A stretch of DNA of 64,000 nt, from positions 5,924 to 69,923 of the forward strand of contig JACADZ010000029.1 in assembly GCA_013389105.1 (NCBI GenBank), read 5' to 3'. Under the pieces are notes generated by a model. It was given only the letters and a program-made list of their open reading frames with translations, ran no database searches and was not told where the DNA came from. Positions 1-9,076 of this stretch are shown here, piece by piece. This DNA is from Parvularculaceae bacterium (GTDB lineage: Bacteria; Pseudomonadota; Alphaproteobacteria; Caulobacterales; Parvularculaceae). Position numbers and translations under genes: made by a program. Position 1 is the first letter of the stretch. Every line of letters begins with the position of its first letter.

Positions 1-319
1 TGAGGTGCGTGAGTCGCTGCGCAAGGGGTTGCTCCGCAGGACAGCGGCCGGTTTCAGGATCGACCCGCACCGGATCGGGGCGCGGCCAGGCGATCGGCAT
101 TCCATGAAAAGCCGCCGTACGGACGATATCGGTCTTGAAATAAGAGAGCCACAGGGAATCGCGCCGGTTCACCGTTTCCTGATCGCGCATGGCATGCGGA
201 TAGACGGGTCGGACCGTACACTGAACATCGAATTCCTGCTGCAGGCGCAAAAGCCTCGGCGCCGCCAGATAGCAATAGGGTGAACGCACCGACCAGTAGA
301 GATCGAAGGCAAGACTCAA
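1..319 (-). CDS. DsbA-family thioredoxin-fold protein (2-hydroxychromene-2-carboxylate isomerase-like), N-terminal part only; gene runs off the left edge
   Basis: Absent from the ORF track because there is no stop inside the window. My translation of the minus strand from TTG at 319 gives MSLAFDLYWSVRSPYCYLAAPRLLRLQQEFDVQCTVRPVYPHAMRD..., the FD.YWS..SPY.YLA N-terminus typical of this family. GAAGGAG Shine-Dalgarno at 327-333. Confidence 0.6.
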   Translation of the reverse strand, partial: MSLAFDLYWSVRSPYCYLAAPRLLRLQQEFDVQCTVRPVYPHAMRDQETVNRRDSLWLSYFKTDIVRTAAFHGMPIAWPRPDPVRVDPETGRCPAEQPLAQRLTHL

Positions 320-340
320 AGGAAGGCTCCTTCGCCCCGT

Positions 341-1462
341 CTAGCGCGCCGGCTTGAATTCCAGCGTGTCGTCCGGTCCGAGCAGCGACTTGAAAGCGCC
401 GCCGTCCAGAAATTGCTTTGCGGCCGCGTCGCCGTCGAAAACGCTTCGCCAGAACAGGACCGACGCCGCCTTGATGAGATCGTGGTGCCGTTCAAGGCCC
501 GGGTATGCAAAGGACTGGCCGCGCAGCTGCGGATTGGGATCGCCGCCGAAAGTGAAATGATTGGCGCCTTTCAGGATCAAGAGGCGCTGATCGACATTAG
601 TCGTCTCATCGAAGGGAATGCGCCGCGCGGGGGCTTGGAAATCGCCGTTCGGCGCGTCATCTTCGGTGCCCGTCAAATGGAAGATGGGCGCTAGCATCTT
701 GTCGAAGGCGGTCGCCGCATCGCCGTAACCCTTGCGTGGCGGAGACGGGCTCAAGGCGAAGGCGCCTTTGATATCGGGGGCGGCAAGGCTTTGTCCGTAG
801 CCTTCAACGAACTGACCGGCTGCGATGAGCGTTGTGATAGCGCCGAGCGAATGGCCGGCGACGCCCAATCGGGCGGCGTCGATCCGGCCGCCTAATGGAC
901 TGCCGCGGCGCAGTTCGCGGACGACGAAACCGACGTCTTCGTAACGCGGCGCGCCGGCCTTCGGGTTGCGAGCCGCTTCAGATATCTGCTGCGGATTTTC
1001 GCGGAAAGCATCGCGATCCGTGCCGATATGCTGAATGTGCAGCGCGCCGATCCCATGGCTGGCGAGATGCTCGCCATATATTCGCCCGCTCTCGCGCGTG
1101 CCCCCGCCGCCATGCGAATAAATCACGACGGGCGCTTTCGAAGCGCCGGAGGGCAAATAGGCTTTCCACAGAACTTTGCGTCCCGCCCGCGCTTGGTCGG
1201 CGAACTCGCCCAATTCGGTGACGACCGCGAACTCGCCCTTCAAGGCATTGGGGTCGGCCAGCCGGTCGGTCGGCGCGCCGACGCCGCCATCGCCCGCCAT
1301 GCGCTGAGCCCGTCGATCCGCAATGCGCTGACGGATCGTTCGCGGTTGATCGGCCGCGCTGGCGCAGCCGACGATCACTGATCCAGCCGCCGCCATAACG
1401 AGCCGGCGGCGCGAGAGAAAGACGCGGAAAAGTCCCTTATCTGCGTTGAATCCGTCAGTCAT
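341..1462 (-). CDS. exported alpha/beta-fold hydrolase (dienelactone hydrolase / PAF-acetylhydrolase-like)
   Basis: 373-aa ORF. N-terminus SRRRLVMAAAGSVIVGCASA looks like a Tat/lipoprotein signal. Nucleophile elbow GHSLGA and HGGGG oxyanion-type motif. GAGGAGG SD just upstream of the ATG. Confidence 0.7.
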   Translation of the reverse strand: MTDGFNADKGLFRVFLSRRRLVMAAAGSVIVGCASAADQPRTIRQRIADRRAQRMAGDGGVGAPTDRLADPNALKGEFAVVTELGEFADQARAGRKVLWKAYLPSGASKAPVVIYSHGGGGTRESGRIYGEHLASHGIGALHIQHIGTDRDAFRENPQQISEAARNPKAGAPRYEDVGFVVRELRRGSPLGGRIDAARLGVAGHSLGAITTLIAAGQFVEGYGQSLAAPDIKGAFALSPSPPRKGYGDAATAFDKMLAPIFHLTGTEDDAPNGDFQAPARRIPFDETTNVDQRLLILKGANHFTFGGDPNPQLRGQSFAYPGLERHHDLIKAASVLFWRSVFDGDAAAKQFLDGGAFKSLLGPDDTLEFKPAR

Positions 1463-1641
1463 TCATCGCCTCCTCACCTGCGCGCCGTTCAAACGGCTCA
1501 TCGGATTTTGTCGACCGCTTCATGCTGAAGAATTGCGGCCGCTTGACGGCAGCCTAACATATTGTCGACAATTTAACAGTCGGTTTCGCAGGAACAGAGC
1601 ATTGGGACCCGGCGGGCCGTCCCATCGGGAGGAGAAACACA

Positions 1642-2859
1642 GTGCCGGATGGACCCGCAGCACGCGCGCTAGCGCCCCGCGTCGCCTTATTGCTGCTCAC
1701 GGCGATCTATACTGTCAATTTTATTGATCGGCAAATCATCACGATTGTCGCAGCGCCGGTCCGTGACGAATTTTCCCTTGATAATTTTCAGTTCGGACTT
1801 CTCGGCGGGTTCGCCTTCGCCCTCTTCTACAGCCTTCTCGGCCTGCCGATCGCGCGATTGGCCGACCGCGGGGACCGCGTGCGTCTGCTCGCCGTTTCCT
1901 GCGCCATGTGGAGCGTGATGACCGCCGCCTGCGGCGCGGCGACGAGTTTTGCGCAGCTTCTCGTTGCGCGGATGCTGGTCGGGGTCGGCGAGGCTGCATG
2001 CACCCCGGCCTCTCATTCCCTGATCAGTGATTTTTTCGCACAGGAGAAGCGGCCGAGGGCGCTTGCGGTCTTTGCGCTCGGAATCCCGCTTGGAACGCTC
2101 GCCGGCCTGGCGCTTGGCGGCGCCGCTGCGAACGCCGCCGGTTGGCGCGGCGCATTTTTCATCGCCGCCGTTCCGGGTCTGGCGCTCGCCCTTGCGCTGT
2201 TTGCCCTGGTCAGGGATCCAACGCGCCCAGGACGCATTTTGACCCCGCGGGCCAGCGGCGAACCGACGAAGGTCGCGAACCTGATCGGCAACAGGACCTT
2301 TCGGCGTCTATGCGGCGGCGCGGCGGTTGCGTCAATGAGCGGTTACGGGCTCGTCGTGTTCCTCGGCCTTTACTTCAAAGATCGCTATGGTCTCAGCCTG
2401 CCGCAGATCGGCCTTGGACTAGGTCTCGCCATTGGGGTCGGCGGCGCCCTTGGCGTCTATGCGGGCGGGGCCTTTCACGACCGGTTTCGAAACAGCCGCT
2501 TTGGGCCTTATGTGTCGTCGGCGGCCGGCCTCTTGTTCGCCGCGTTTGTCCTACTCGTCGCGCTTGCAATCGACAACGCCCTCGCCAGCTTTATCGCTTT
2601 CGCTTTCGTCGCAGCGTTCAACGCCTTTTGGTATGGACCCGTTTTCGCCGGCGTTCAGGCGGCCGCACCTGAACAGCATCGCGCGAGCGCCGCGGCGATG
2701 CTCAATCTCATCGTCAATCTCGTCGGCCTCGGCCTTGGACCGCCGTTCCTCGGCTTCATCGCCGACCGCGCCGGCAGCTCAATCGGTCTTGACGCGGCGA
2801 TCGCGGCCTGCGCGTTCATCAATATCGGCGCTGCGGCGATACTCCTTCGCGTTCGCTGA
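1642..2859 (+). CDS. MFS transporter
   Basis: 405 aa, about 12 hydrophobic segments, MFS loop motif GLPIARLADRGDR between TM2 and TM3. GTG start preceded by GGGAGGAG. Confidence 0.8.
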   Translation: MPDGPAARALAPRVALLLLTAIYTVNFIDRQIITIVAAPVRDEFSLDNFQFGLLGGFAFALFYSLLGLPIARLADRGDRVRLLAVSCAMWSVMTAACGAATSFAQLLVARMLVGVGEAACTPASHSLISDFFAQEKRPRALAVFALGIPLGTLAGLALGGAAANAAGWRGAFFIAAVPGLALALALFALVRDPTRPGRILTPRASGEPTKVANLIGNRTFRRLCGGAAVASMSGYGLVVFLGLYFKDRYGLSLPQIGLGLGLAIGVGGALGVYAGGAFHDRFRNSRFGPYVSSAAGLLFAAFVLLVALAIDNALASFIAFAFVAAFNAFWYGPVFAGVQAAAPEQHRASAAAMLNLIVNLVGLGLGPPFLGFIADRAGSSIGLDAAIAACAFINIGAAAILLRVR

Positions 2860-2944
2860 CCTTCCCGTTCGAACGCAGCCGGCTCCGGGCGCTGCGCGCC
2901 GTCTAACCATCGCGCGCGTCCCGGTGCAGTTTGCCTACGGAAGA

Positions 2945-3460
2945 TCAATCTTTCGCCCGCGGACGATCGCCTTCTTCCCTGAGCCAGCCGAGCCTGCGGC
3001 GCGCCGCATGCAGCCGGCTCATGACCGTCCCAATCGGCGTCTCGAGAATCTCGGCCGTTTGCTGATAAGTGTAGCCTTCCGCGCAGACGAGCGTCACGAC
3101 GGCGCGCTGTTCGGTCGACAAGCCCGCGATTGCAGTCATCACCTGGTCGTGGAAGATCGATTCCAGAGGCGAAGGAGCCTCATCCGGAAGGGTCGCAAGA
3201 GCCTCCTCGCCGTCCTTCTGTCGCCCTTTCTGACGGCGCAGATTCGACCGGTGCAGATTCGCCATCACGGTGAATGCCCAGCGATCGAAGCTCGAATTCG
3301 GCGCATAGGCGCTCGCTTTTTCAAGCATTCGGAGACATGCGCTTTGCACCAGGTCTTCGGCCGTGTCTTCATTGCGCGTTAACATGATTGCGAATCGCCA
3401 AAGGCGCGGCATCAGCTCGGGAAGCTTTCCCTTGATCTCGATCAGACTCTCGCCATGCAT
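2945..3460 (-). CDS. ECF-type RNA polymerase sigma-70 family factor (ECF sigma 1)
   Basis: Region 2 (DLVQSACLRMLEK, FDRWAFTVMANLHRSNLRR) and region 4 HTH (YTYQQTAEILETPIGTVMSRLHAARRRL). I prefer the internal ATG at 3460 (MHGESL...) to the track start at 3580. Confidence 0.85.
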   Translation of the reverse strand: MHGESLIEIKGKLPELMPRLWRFAIMLTRNEDTAEDLVQSACLRMLEKASAYAPNSSFDRWAFTVMANLHRSNLRRQKGRQKDGEEALATLPDEAPSPLESIFHDQVMTAIAGLSTEQRAVVTLVCAEGYTYQQTAEILETPIGTVMSRLHAARRRLGWLREEGDRPRAKD

Positions 3461-3785
3461 GCTCGGCTGTCGGATTTCGAGCGACAGCGGTTCAATCTTG
3501 AGCGAACTTTTTGCAGTCTGCTGATAATATTGTGATCGACAAAGGCGGTTGCCGATTCCGGCGAGCGCTTGCGGCCTCACGAAACCAAGACGTAACCAGC
3601 GCTGGCTTCATTTCGTCATATGCGCTCGCCGCATCAGAACAGACGATAACCGAAAATCATTGCACTGACGGCGACGTCCGCTCGACTTTTGCGGAGGCGA
3701 GGCTCCCCCAACGCCCGGACGCGCCGCAGCGGCTGCGCGCCGTCGCCGCGAGGCAAACGGGGGCCGCGTCCGCCGGCGAAGCGCG

Positions 3786-5018
3786 TCACGAAGCGCTGGC
3801 GCGCCGGCAGGTTGCTGGCGCCCTGATGAGACCGCGGCCGTAAATTGGATCAGGACCTGGCGGTCCGAGATCAAGCGCCTCCGCTCCGAGTCGCTCCATC
3901 GCGTCTTGCGGGCCGTATGAAATTGACGGCGGGCTTTGCACGGCGATGCGCGCCGTGACAAAGGGCGCAGCAAAGGACGTGCCGGAAACGTAGACGCCAT
4001 CTGATCCAGCGCCTACGAACACATCAACGCCAGGCGCGGCGAAATCGATATGCTCGCCCCGCGCCGCTTGTTCAAACGGCTTGAGAAGAACATCAATGGC
4101 GGTCACCGCGATAACCTTCTCGAAAGCCGCCGGATATTGCGGCGGCGCGTCGGGCCCGACATTGCCCGCCGCCGCGACGATCACGGTCCCGAGATTGGCG
4201 GCGCGCTGCACGGCGCGATCAAGAATTTTATTATATGGGCCCGCAAGGCTTACATTGATGAGCGTGACGCCTTGAGCGCCGAGCCAGTCGATCGCGCGAA
4301 TGATGTCAACCACGCCGGCGCTCGCATCGTCGGCCGCGCTAAGGACGCTTGCTGTATATAATTGCGCGTCGCGAAGACGGCCTTCGCCGATCATCAATTC
4401 GCCGATGAGATCGGCGTGGCTTTGCGACTCGGGCCGGCGCAGGCCGGGCGAAACAAGCCGGTCGACAACCCGTCCGCCGTGTCGCTTGAGGAAGGATTCG
4501 CTATGCGCGGTATCGACGATGCCGACCTTGCGCCCCGCAGGGCAACCGGAGTCCGGCCAACCGATGAGCGCTTCGGCGAACCGGCGGGGCAGGCCTTCTT
4601 CATCTCCGCCGACCGCGCCCGGATGATCGGCGGCTGTCATAGTCCTCGCTTTGACGCCAACGCCCGATTGAATGCGGTACCGGTGGTTGACGCCCGCCGT
4701 CGCGGAAGGTTCGAGCCGCTCGAGTTCGCGGATCGCCTCCTTGCGTGAAACAGACGCCGGCGGCCTGAGCGTCAGCAGGGTGAGATTGAGCGACGCGAGC
4801 GTTTCGCGCTCGAGGAGCCGATATCCTCGGCGCTTGGCGCGGGAGACGAGGTTGTCCTCAGCCTCCCGAGTCCGCACGAGAACTACGATCCTTTCGTCGG
4901 CGATCTCGTTTTCATCCCGCTCAATCGCGCTTTGAGAAGGCGGATCGAGAACATAGGTCTCGCAGCCGGCGACCAGGGCGAAAAGGATGGCCGCAAGAAG
5001 CGGTCTAAAAAGCGGCAT
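3786..5018 (-). CDS. S8 (subtilisin-like) serine peptidase, predicted lipoprotein
   Basis: Lipobox LVAGC after MPLFRPLLAAILFA. Catalytic-triad-like motifs KVGIVDT (Asp), SHADLIG (His), INVSLAGP (oxyanion Asn), GTSFAAPFV (Ser). Confidence 0.85.
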   Translation of the reverse strand: MPLFRPLLAAILFALVAGCETYVLDPPSQSAIERDENEIADERIVVLVRTREAEDNLVSRAKRRGYRLLERETLASLNLTLLTLRPPASVSRKEAIRELERLEPSATAGVNHRYRIQSGVGVKARTMTAADHPGAVGGDEEGLPRRFAEALIGWPDSGCPAGRKVGIVDTAHSESFLKRHGGRVVDRLVSPGLRRPESQSHADLIGELMIGEGRLRDAQLYTASVLSAADDASAGVVDIIRAIDWLGAQGVTLINVSLAGPYNKILDRAVQRAANLGTVIVAAAGNVGPDAPPQYPAAFEKVIAVTAIDVLLKPFEQAARGEHIDFAAPGVDVFVGAGSDGVYVSGTSFAAPFVTARIAVQSPPSISYGPQDAMERLGAEALDLGPPGPDPIYGRGLIRAPATCRRASAS

Positions 5019-5093
5019 AGGCGTCCCGGCCTGTTGCAATCATCGTGAACCTATGTCGCACTTGAGGCGCAAGAGGTTCAATCATATCCCCAT

Positions 5094-6332
5094 TCAGAAC
5101 GCGCGTTCGGCCGAAAGCCAGATCCGCCGCACATCCTCGCCGAAAGATGAAGCCTCGTAACGGGCGACTTTGACCGCCAGTCCGACACCGCGGAACGATC
5201 CCTTGAGGCCCGCATTCATCTCTCGCCCAAACAGCCGCGTGCCCGACGCATCCTTGAACTGGTGGCCGCTGGCGAAGGCTGCGACGCTCGTGAATGGTCC
5301 GATTTCGCCGGCCCGCCAATCGATCCGAAGCGCGGTTTCGCGAACTCCCTCGGACGGCGTCGTTAGAAAGACGTCCGCGGCGCCCTGAAAGGCATGCAGC
5401 GTTGCAAGCGGCGTCTGAAAGGCGCGCGCACCGCCGCGGCCAAGCAGTTCGAACCTTCCGCCGAAGGTCAGCCGGCCGATCTCAGCCGACGCCGCGCCGA
5501 GCCAATAGTCAGCAGCGTAAGGGAGCGGCGCATCGGCGAATTCGGTTTGTCGAGCGTACGATCCTTCCCAGCGCAGCACCGCCGGATCAAACGCTGCGCT
5601 GCGTCCCTCCCATCGAACACCAACCGTCTTGGACGAAGCTGAGGCGTCAGGAGCCGTGCGCGGCCCCGTCTCGAGATCGAGCGCATAGTAAAAACCCGCG
5701 ATTCGCCCGACCGGCGTTCGAAGGCTTGCATTGATGACGGCGCTATCGCCACGGAACCGGCCGTTGGGATTGCGATCGCTCAAGATGCGATTGACGCTCC
5801 AGATATAAGCCGCTTCGACATCAAGACCGAGCGGCAAGGCCGCTTCCAGTCGGACGGCGTCCAATGTCTGATCGTTCTGACGGAACGCGACGCGGCCAAT
5901 AAACCGCTCATCGTCGAGCGACAGATATTGCCGGCCGACGGTGATCGACGCACCCTTAAGCGGCGACATGCGGACATAAAGACGATTGAGCTCGGCAAAA
6001 GCGGGATCAGCAACGACGGCGCGGTTCTCGGGCGGACCAATGAGGTCGTCATAGGCGTCGACAAACGCCTCGGCCCCCTCAAATTCGGCAAGTCCCGTCA
6101 GCCCGTCCTCGAGCGAGACCTCAAGGCCCGCGCGAAGCCGCAAGGTCGCCGCGCTCGCATCAAGGGGGCGCCCGCCATCCCGGGCATGTTCGTAGCGGAA
6201 CCGGATGTCGCCGAAGAGCTGCGCGTCGAGCGGCGTCGGCGCTTGCGCGGCATCCTGCGCAGCCCCGGCGCGCGCAGCTGGACTAGCCAACAGGCACGCT
6301 GCGGATAAGGCGATCGACAGTGACCTTCGCAA
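5094..6332 (-). CDS. outer-membrane beta-barrel protein, alginate-export-like porin family
   Basis: Alternating beta-strand pattern, GDIRFRYEH / LRLRAGLE motifs, C-terminal ...SAERAF (terminal Phe). Likely TTG start at 6332 directly after AAGGGAGGGG, giving signal peptide LRRSLSIALSAACLLASPAARA. The track start at 6455 adds an implausible Arg/Cys-rich leader. Confidence 0.7.
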   Translation of the reverse strand: MRRSLSIALSAACLLASPAARAGAAQDAAQAPTPLDAQLFGDIRFRYEHARDGGRPLDASAATLRLRAGLEVSLEDGLTGLAEFEGAEAFVDAYDDLIGPPENRAVVADPAFAELNRLYVRMSPLKGASITVGRQYLSLDDERFIGRVAFRQNDQTLDAVRLEAALPLGLDVEAAYIWSVNRILSDRNPNGRFRGDSAVINASLRTPVGRIAGFYYALDLETGPRTAPDASASSKTVGVRWEGRSAAFDPAVLRWEGSYARQTEFADAPLPYAADYWLGAASAEIGRLTFGGRFELLGRGGARAFQTPLATLHAFQGAADVFLTTPSEGVRETALRIDWRAGEIGPFTSVAAFASGHQFKDASGTRLFGREMNAGLKGSFRGVGLAVKVARYEASSFGEDVRRIWLSAERAF

Positions 6333-6527
6333 GACCCCTCCCTTGCCAAACCAACAGCGACAGCTCTGCGCACAGCTGCGTACCGACGCACCCGGTCGCG
6401 TGATACGCGGCGCCGAGCGGAATAGTTTGAACCATTTCCGCGGACCCGCCGACATGACACAATGTGATAGTCACCCCACTTACCGAATCGGAAGCGGCGG
6501 AGTTCGCACTTCGAAGGAGATGTTACC

Positions 6528-7172
6528 ATGACTGGCGACGACGCGCAGGGGGGCAGCGAACCTGTTATCGATTATGTGTTGGGCCGTTTGACGCCCGAGG
6601 CGGCCGCTCTCTTCAAGCGCCGTCTGGCAGAGGACCAGCGCCTCGCATCGGAGGTCGCGTTTGTCGAACGCGTGCGGCGCGTTCTCAGGGAGGAAGACAG
6701 CGCGCCGGATCAGGGGCACGAGCTCGGATGGAGCAGACTGCGTCGCGCATTGGACGCTCAAGGACAGCGGCCGCTGGATGCGAAAACCGTAAAGCGCTCC
6801 GCGCCCTGGGGCATGATCGCCGCCGCTCTCTTAATGGTCGTCTTAGTTGAGGCGGTCCTCCTCGCCGGGTTGAGCAGCGTCCGCCCTGCGCCCGGCTATG
6901 TGAAGGCTTCAGCGCAACCAAAGCCGTGTCCCTGCCTGCGGGCGACCTTCAACGGCGCCGCCACGGAATCCGAGATCCGCCAGTTGCTTCTGGAGATTGG
7001 TGGCGAAATCGTCAGCGGACCTAGCGCGCTCGGCGTTTATCGAATCCGCTTCGCGGACGACGCGGCGACCTCCGCAGGCCTCGCGCGCGCGCGGCAAGCC
7101 TCTCAAATCGTCTCGTGGATCGGCGCCCTCCCTGACGATCAGTCAAATACTGAGCACGACGACACGCCATAG
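6528..7172 (+). CDS. anti-sigma factor-like membrane protein
   Basis: N-terminus VIDYVLGRLTPEAAALFKRRLAEDQRLASEVAFVERV resembles anti-sigma N-terminal domains. Single TM (WGMIAAALLMVVLVEAVLLAGL) and a ~95-aa periplasmic C-terminal domain. Strong GAAGGAG SD. Confidence 0.55.
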   Translation: MTGDDAQGGSEPVIDYVLGRLTPEAAALFKRRLAEDQRLASEVAFVERVRRVLREEDSAPDQGHELGWSRLRRALDAQGQRPLDAKTVKRSAPWGMIAAALLMVVLVEAVLLAGLSSVRPAPGYVKASAQPKPCPCLRATFNGAATESEIRQLLLEIGGEIVSGPSALGVYRIRFADDAATSAGLARARQASQIVSWIGALPDDQSNTEHDDTP

Positions 7173-7525
7173 ACGAGCGGCGGCGACAGCGATTGCCGGA
7201 TTTGCGCAGCACCCTGCACATAGGAACGATTGCGACCCAACGAACCAATTCGTTCGGTTCACAACCGGATCTGCTCGCCGAATCGGACGCTTATCCGCTG
7301 GTTTTCAAAACCGGCGTGACGAGGTAATGATGCGATCATCGGGCGTCCTGGATCCGGCGCCCAACGATCGAGCCCCGGTCTGCGCAAGTTCGCGGTCCGA
7401 TGCCGCATCGTGTCGTCCCATCCGGCGAATCCTCCTGGCGGCCTCCGCCGCGCAGGTCGGCGTGCACGCAAACGCCCGGCGCGTGATGGTGCAAAAACGC
7501 GGTCGCCAGCGCCCTCTATCGCGCA

Positions 7526-8128
7526 TCACGAGGGCTGCCGCGGTTTTGCATTTCCGATCGAATATCCTGAGCTTTTCTTGGTGCGCTCAAGGCAATGCAT
7601 CAAGAGGCGCTTTGCGTGCATGATCCGCGTCTTGATGGTGCCGACAGGCGCATCTTCGACGACAGCGATGTCGGCGTAATCGAGACCCTCGAAGAAGGCG
7701 AGGTGAATCGCGGTCCGATGCGCGGGCTTCAGCTTCGCAAGACACGCCCTCACGCGGTCTGCGTCGAGCGCAGCGGCTGCCGCCGCTTCAGGATCGGCGC
7801 TGCTGTCGGGAACCCCAAGCTCATCCGGCTCATCAATTCCAATCTCTCTCCATCGCGCGCGCTGTTTGTCGATTGTCTTGTTGCGGGCGATTCCGAGCAG
7901 CCATGCGCGCAACGATGACCGCCCGGCGTAACGCTCAGGCAGTCGCCAGACCTCCAGCATGACGTCCTGGACGACGTCTTCAACCTCGCTGGCGCCGGCG
8001 CCATGAGAGCGCGCATAGCGCCTGACCGCCGGCGCCTCTCGATCATAAAGTGCGCGCATCGCCACGCGATCGCCCTGCGCAATCCGCGCAAGAAGCGTTG
8101 CATCGTCGGCGTCTTGGGGCGAATTCAC
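7526..8128 (-). CDS. ECF-type RNA polymerase sigma-70 family factor (ECF sigma 2)
   Basis: 200 aa. Region 2 (VEDVVQDVMLEVWR, LRAWLLGIARNKTIDKQR) and region 4 (LDYADIAVVEDAPVGTIKTRIMHAKRLL). GTG start with GGAGA SD. Confidence 0.85.
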   Translation of the reverse strand: MNSPQDADDATLLARIAQGDRVAMRALYDREAPAVRRYARSHGAGASEVEDVVQDVMLEVWRLPERYAGRSSLRAWLLGIARNKTIDKQRARWREIGIDEPDELGVPDSSADPEAAAAAALDADRVRACLAKLKPAHRTAIHLAFFEGLDYADIAVVEDAPVGTIKTRIMHAKRLLMHCLERTKKSSGYSIGNAKPRQPS

Positions 8129-8212
8129 GATTCATCTCCAGGTGATGAAGTTCGGTGGCGGCCTTTTTATCGCACCGCTCAAGGTGAATAGGAGTCCCCC
8201 TCCACGAGTTTA

Positions 8213-8725
8213 TTGGGTTATCCGGCGACGCGTCCCGGTTGGGGGAACTGCGGCGCACATACAAACTGAGTTGCGAAAGTGGATGACCAGCGTAGTACGA
8301 CCGAGCGAGCGAAATCCGTTGATCATACGGAAGCCAGCTTTAGAGATGGCCACACAAGCGAGGCGCAAGGCTTCGATCGTCGACTATACGTGCGTCTGCA
8401 GCATGCATTTGTCATGCTTCTCGGTCGCGCGCCCCAAGATCGCCTGCAAACGATGCTCAACAGGATCGCAGAGACAGCGCGACAGAATTGCGTCGACGAG
8501 CAAGGCTGATAAACGCCGAGAACTATGCAGCCCTCCAGCTTAAGTATGGAGATTTTCTACGCATCCATGGCGACCGACACCGATAATATCCTGATGAGGG
8601 AATCGCCGCGATTTGAATGTTTTCGCCCATATCTGCGTCAGCGAAACGACTGAACGTCGGATCTGTTCCTTGACGATCTTGCGGGATTTTCGGCAGCGTT
8701 CATCCATCTCCCGTGACACGCGGCG
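8213..8725 (-). pseudogene. possible decayed gene of foreign (lower-GC) origin
   Basis: In one minus-strand frame, 171 codons contain only two in-frame stops (TAG 8384-8386, TAA 8540-8542). The translation reads protein-like: ...EMDERCRKSRKIVKEQIRRSVVSLTQIWAKTF...*...LLVDAILSRCLCDPVEHRLQAILGRATEKHDKCMLQTHV*STIEALRLACVAISKAGFRMINGF... Two 60-nt stretches counted by hand give 47-50% GC. No family recognised. Confidence 0.3.
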
Positions 8726-9023
8726 CTAGCTGGCGGCGCTTGAGGAGCGCCGCCGGTCATCCGATTCAAAAAGGCGGAAAGATGATGCAAGCCGTGACGC
8801 GCCGCATGCATCTTCATGCGCGCATTGATTAGGCGCTCCATAACCGTCCGATAGCGAATGTTTTCTTTCTCGACCTTATATGAAATGGCCGCGCCGCAGT
8901 GAACACGCTCAACCGCGCGGCGACTCGACTGGGATCGAGTCTATCGGCGCGGCGCTCGGCGCAATTCTAAGATGCGGAACGGGTGCGACAGTCTCTTGAT
9001 CGGGCGCCGCGGTAAAAGCCGAT

Positions 9024-9045
9024 GCGAGACGCTTTCGCGTCTCGC
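9024..9045 (-). terminator. candidate intrinsic terminator downstream of the 9077-9673 gene
   Basis: Perfect 9-bp stem GCGAGACGC/GCGTCTCGC with a 4-nt loop (GAAA on the minus strand), 32 nt after the stop. Only a weak, displaced T-run (CGGCTTTTAC) follows. Confidence 0.4.
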
Positions 9046-9076
9046 TCGCTCAACCCGTCAAAGCTATAAGTACGCT

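Noticed and set aside
5-283. 92-aa plus-strand ORF (and the 54-275 minus-strand ORF) at the left edge
   Set aside because: Arg-rich and not protein-like. Another minus-strand frame of the same DNA encodes a convincing DsbA/HCCA-isomerase-like N-terminus with a good SD and TTG start at 319.
7305-7529. 74-aa ORF whose start overlaps the ECF sigma 2 stop (GTGATG/TGATG), tempting as a small anti-sigma factor
   Set aside because: Hand-counted GC2 (~72%) is as high as GC3 (~72%), which is unlike real genes here. Rare AGA/AGG/CGA codons, Arg-rich sequence, no TM segment and no Hx3Cx2C motif. More likely non-coding spacer between convergent genes.
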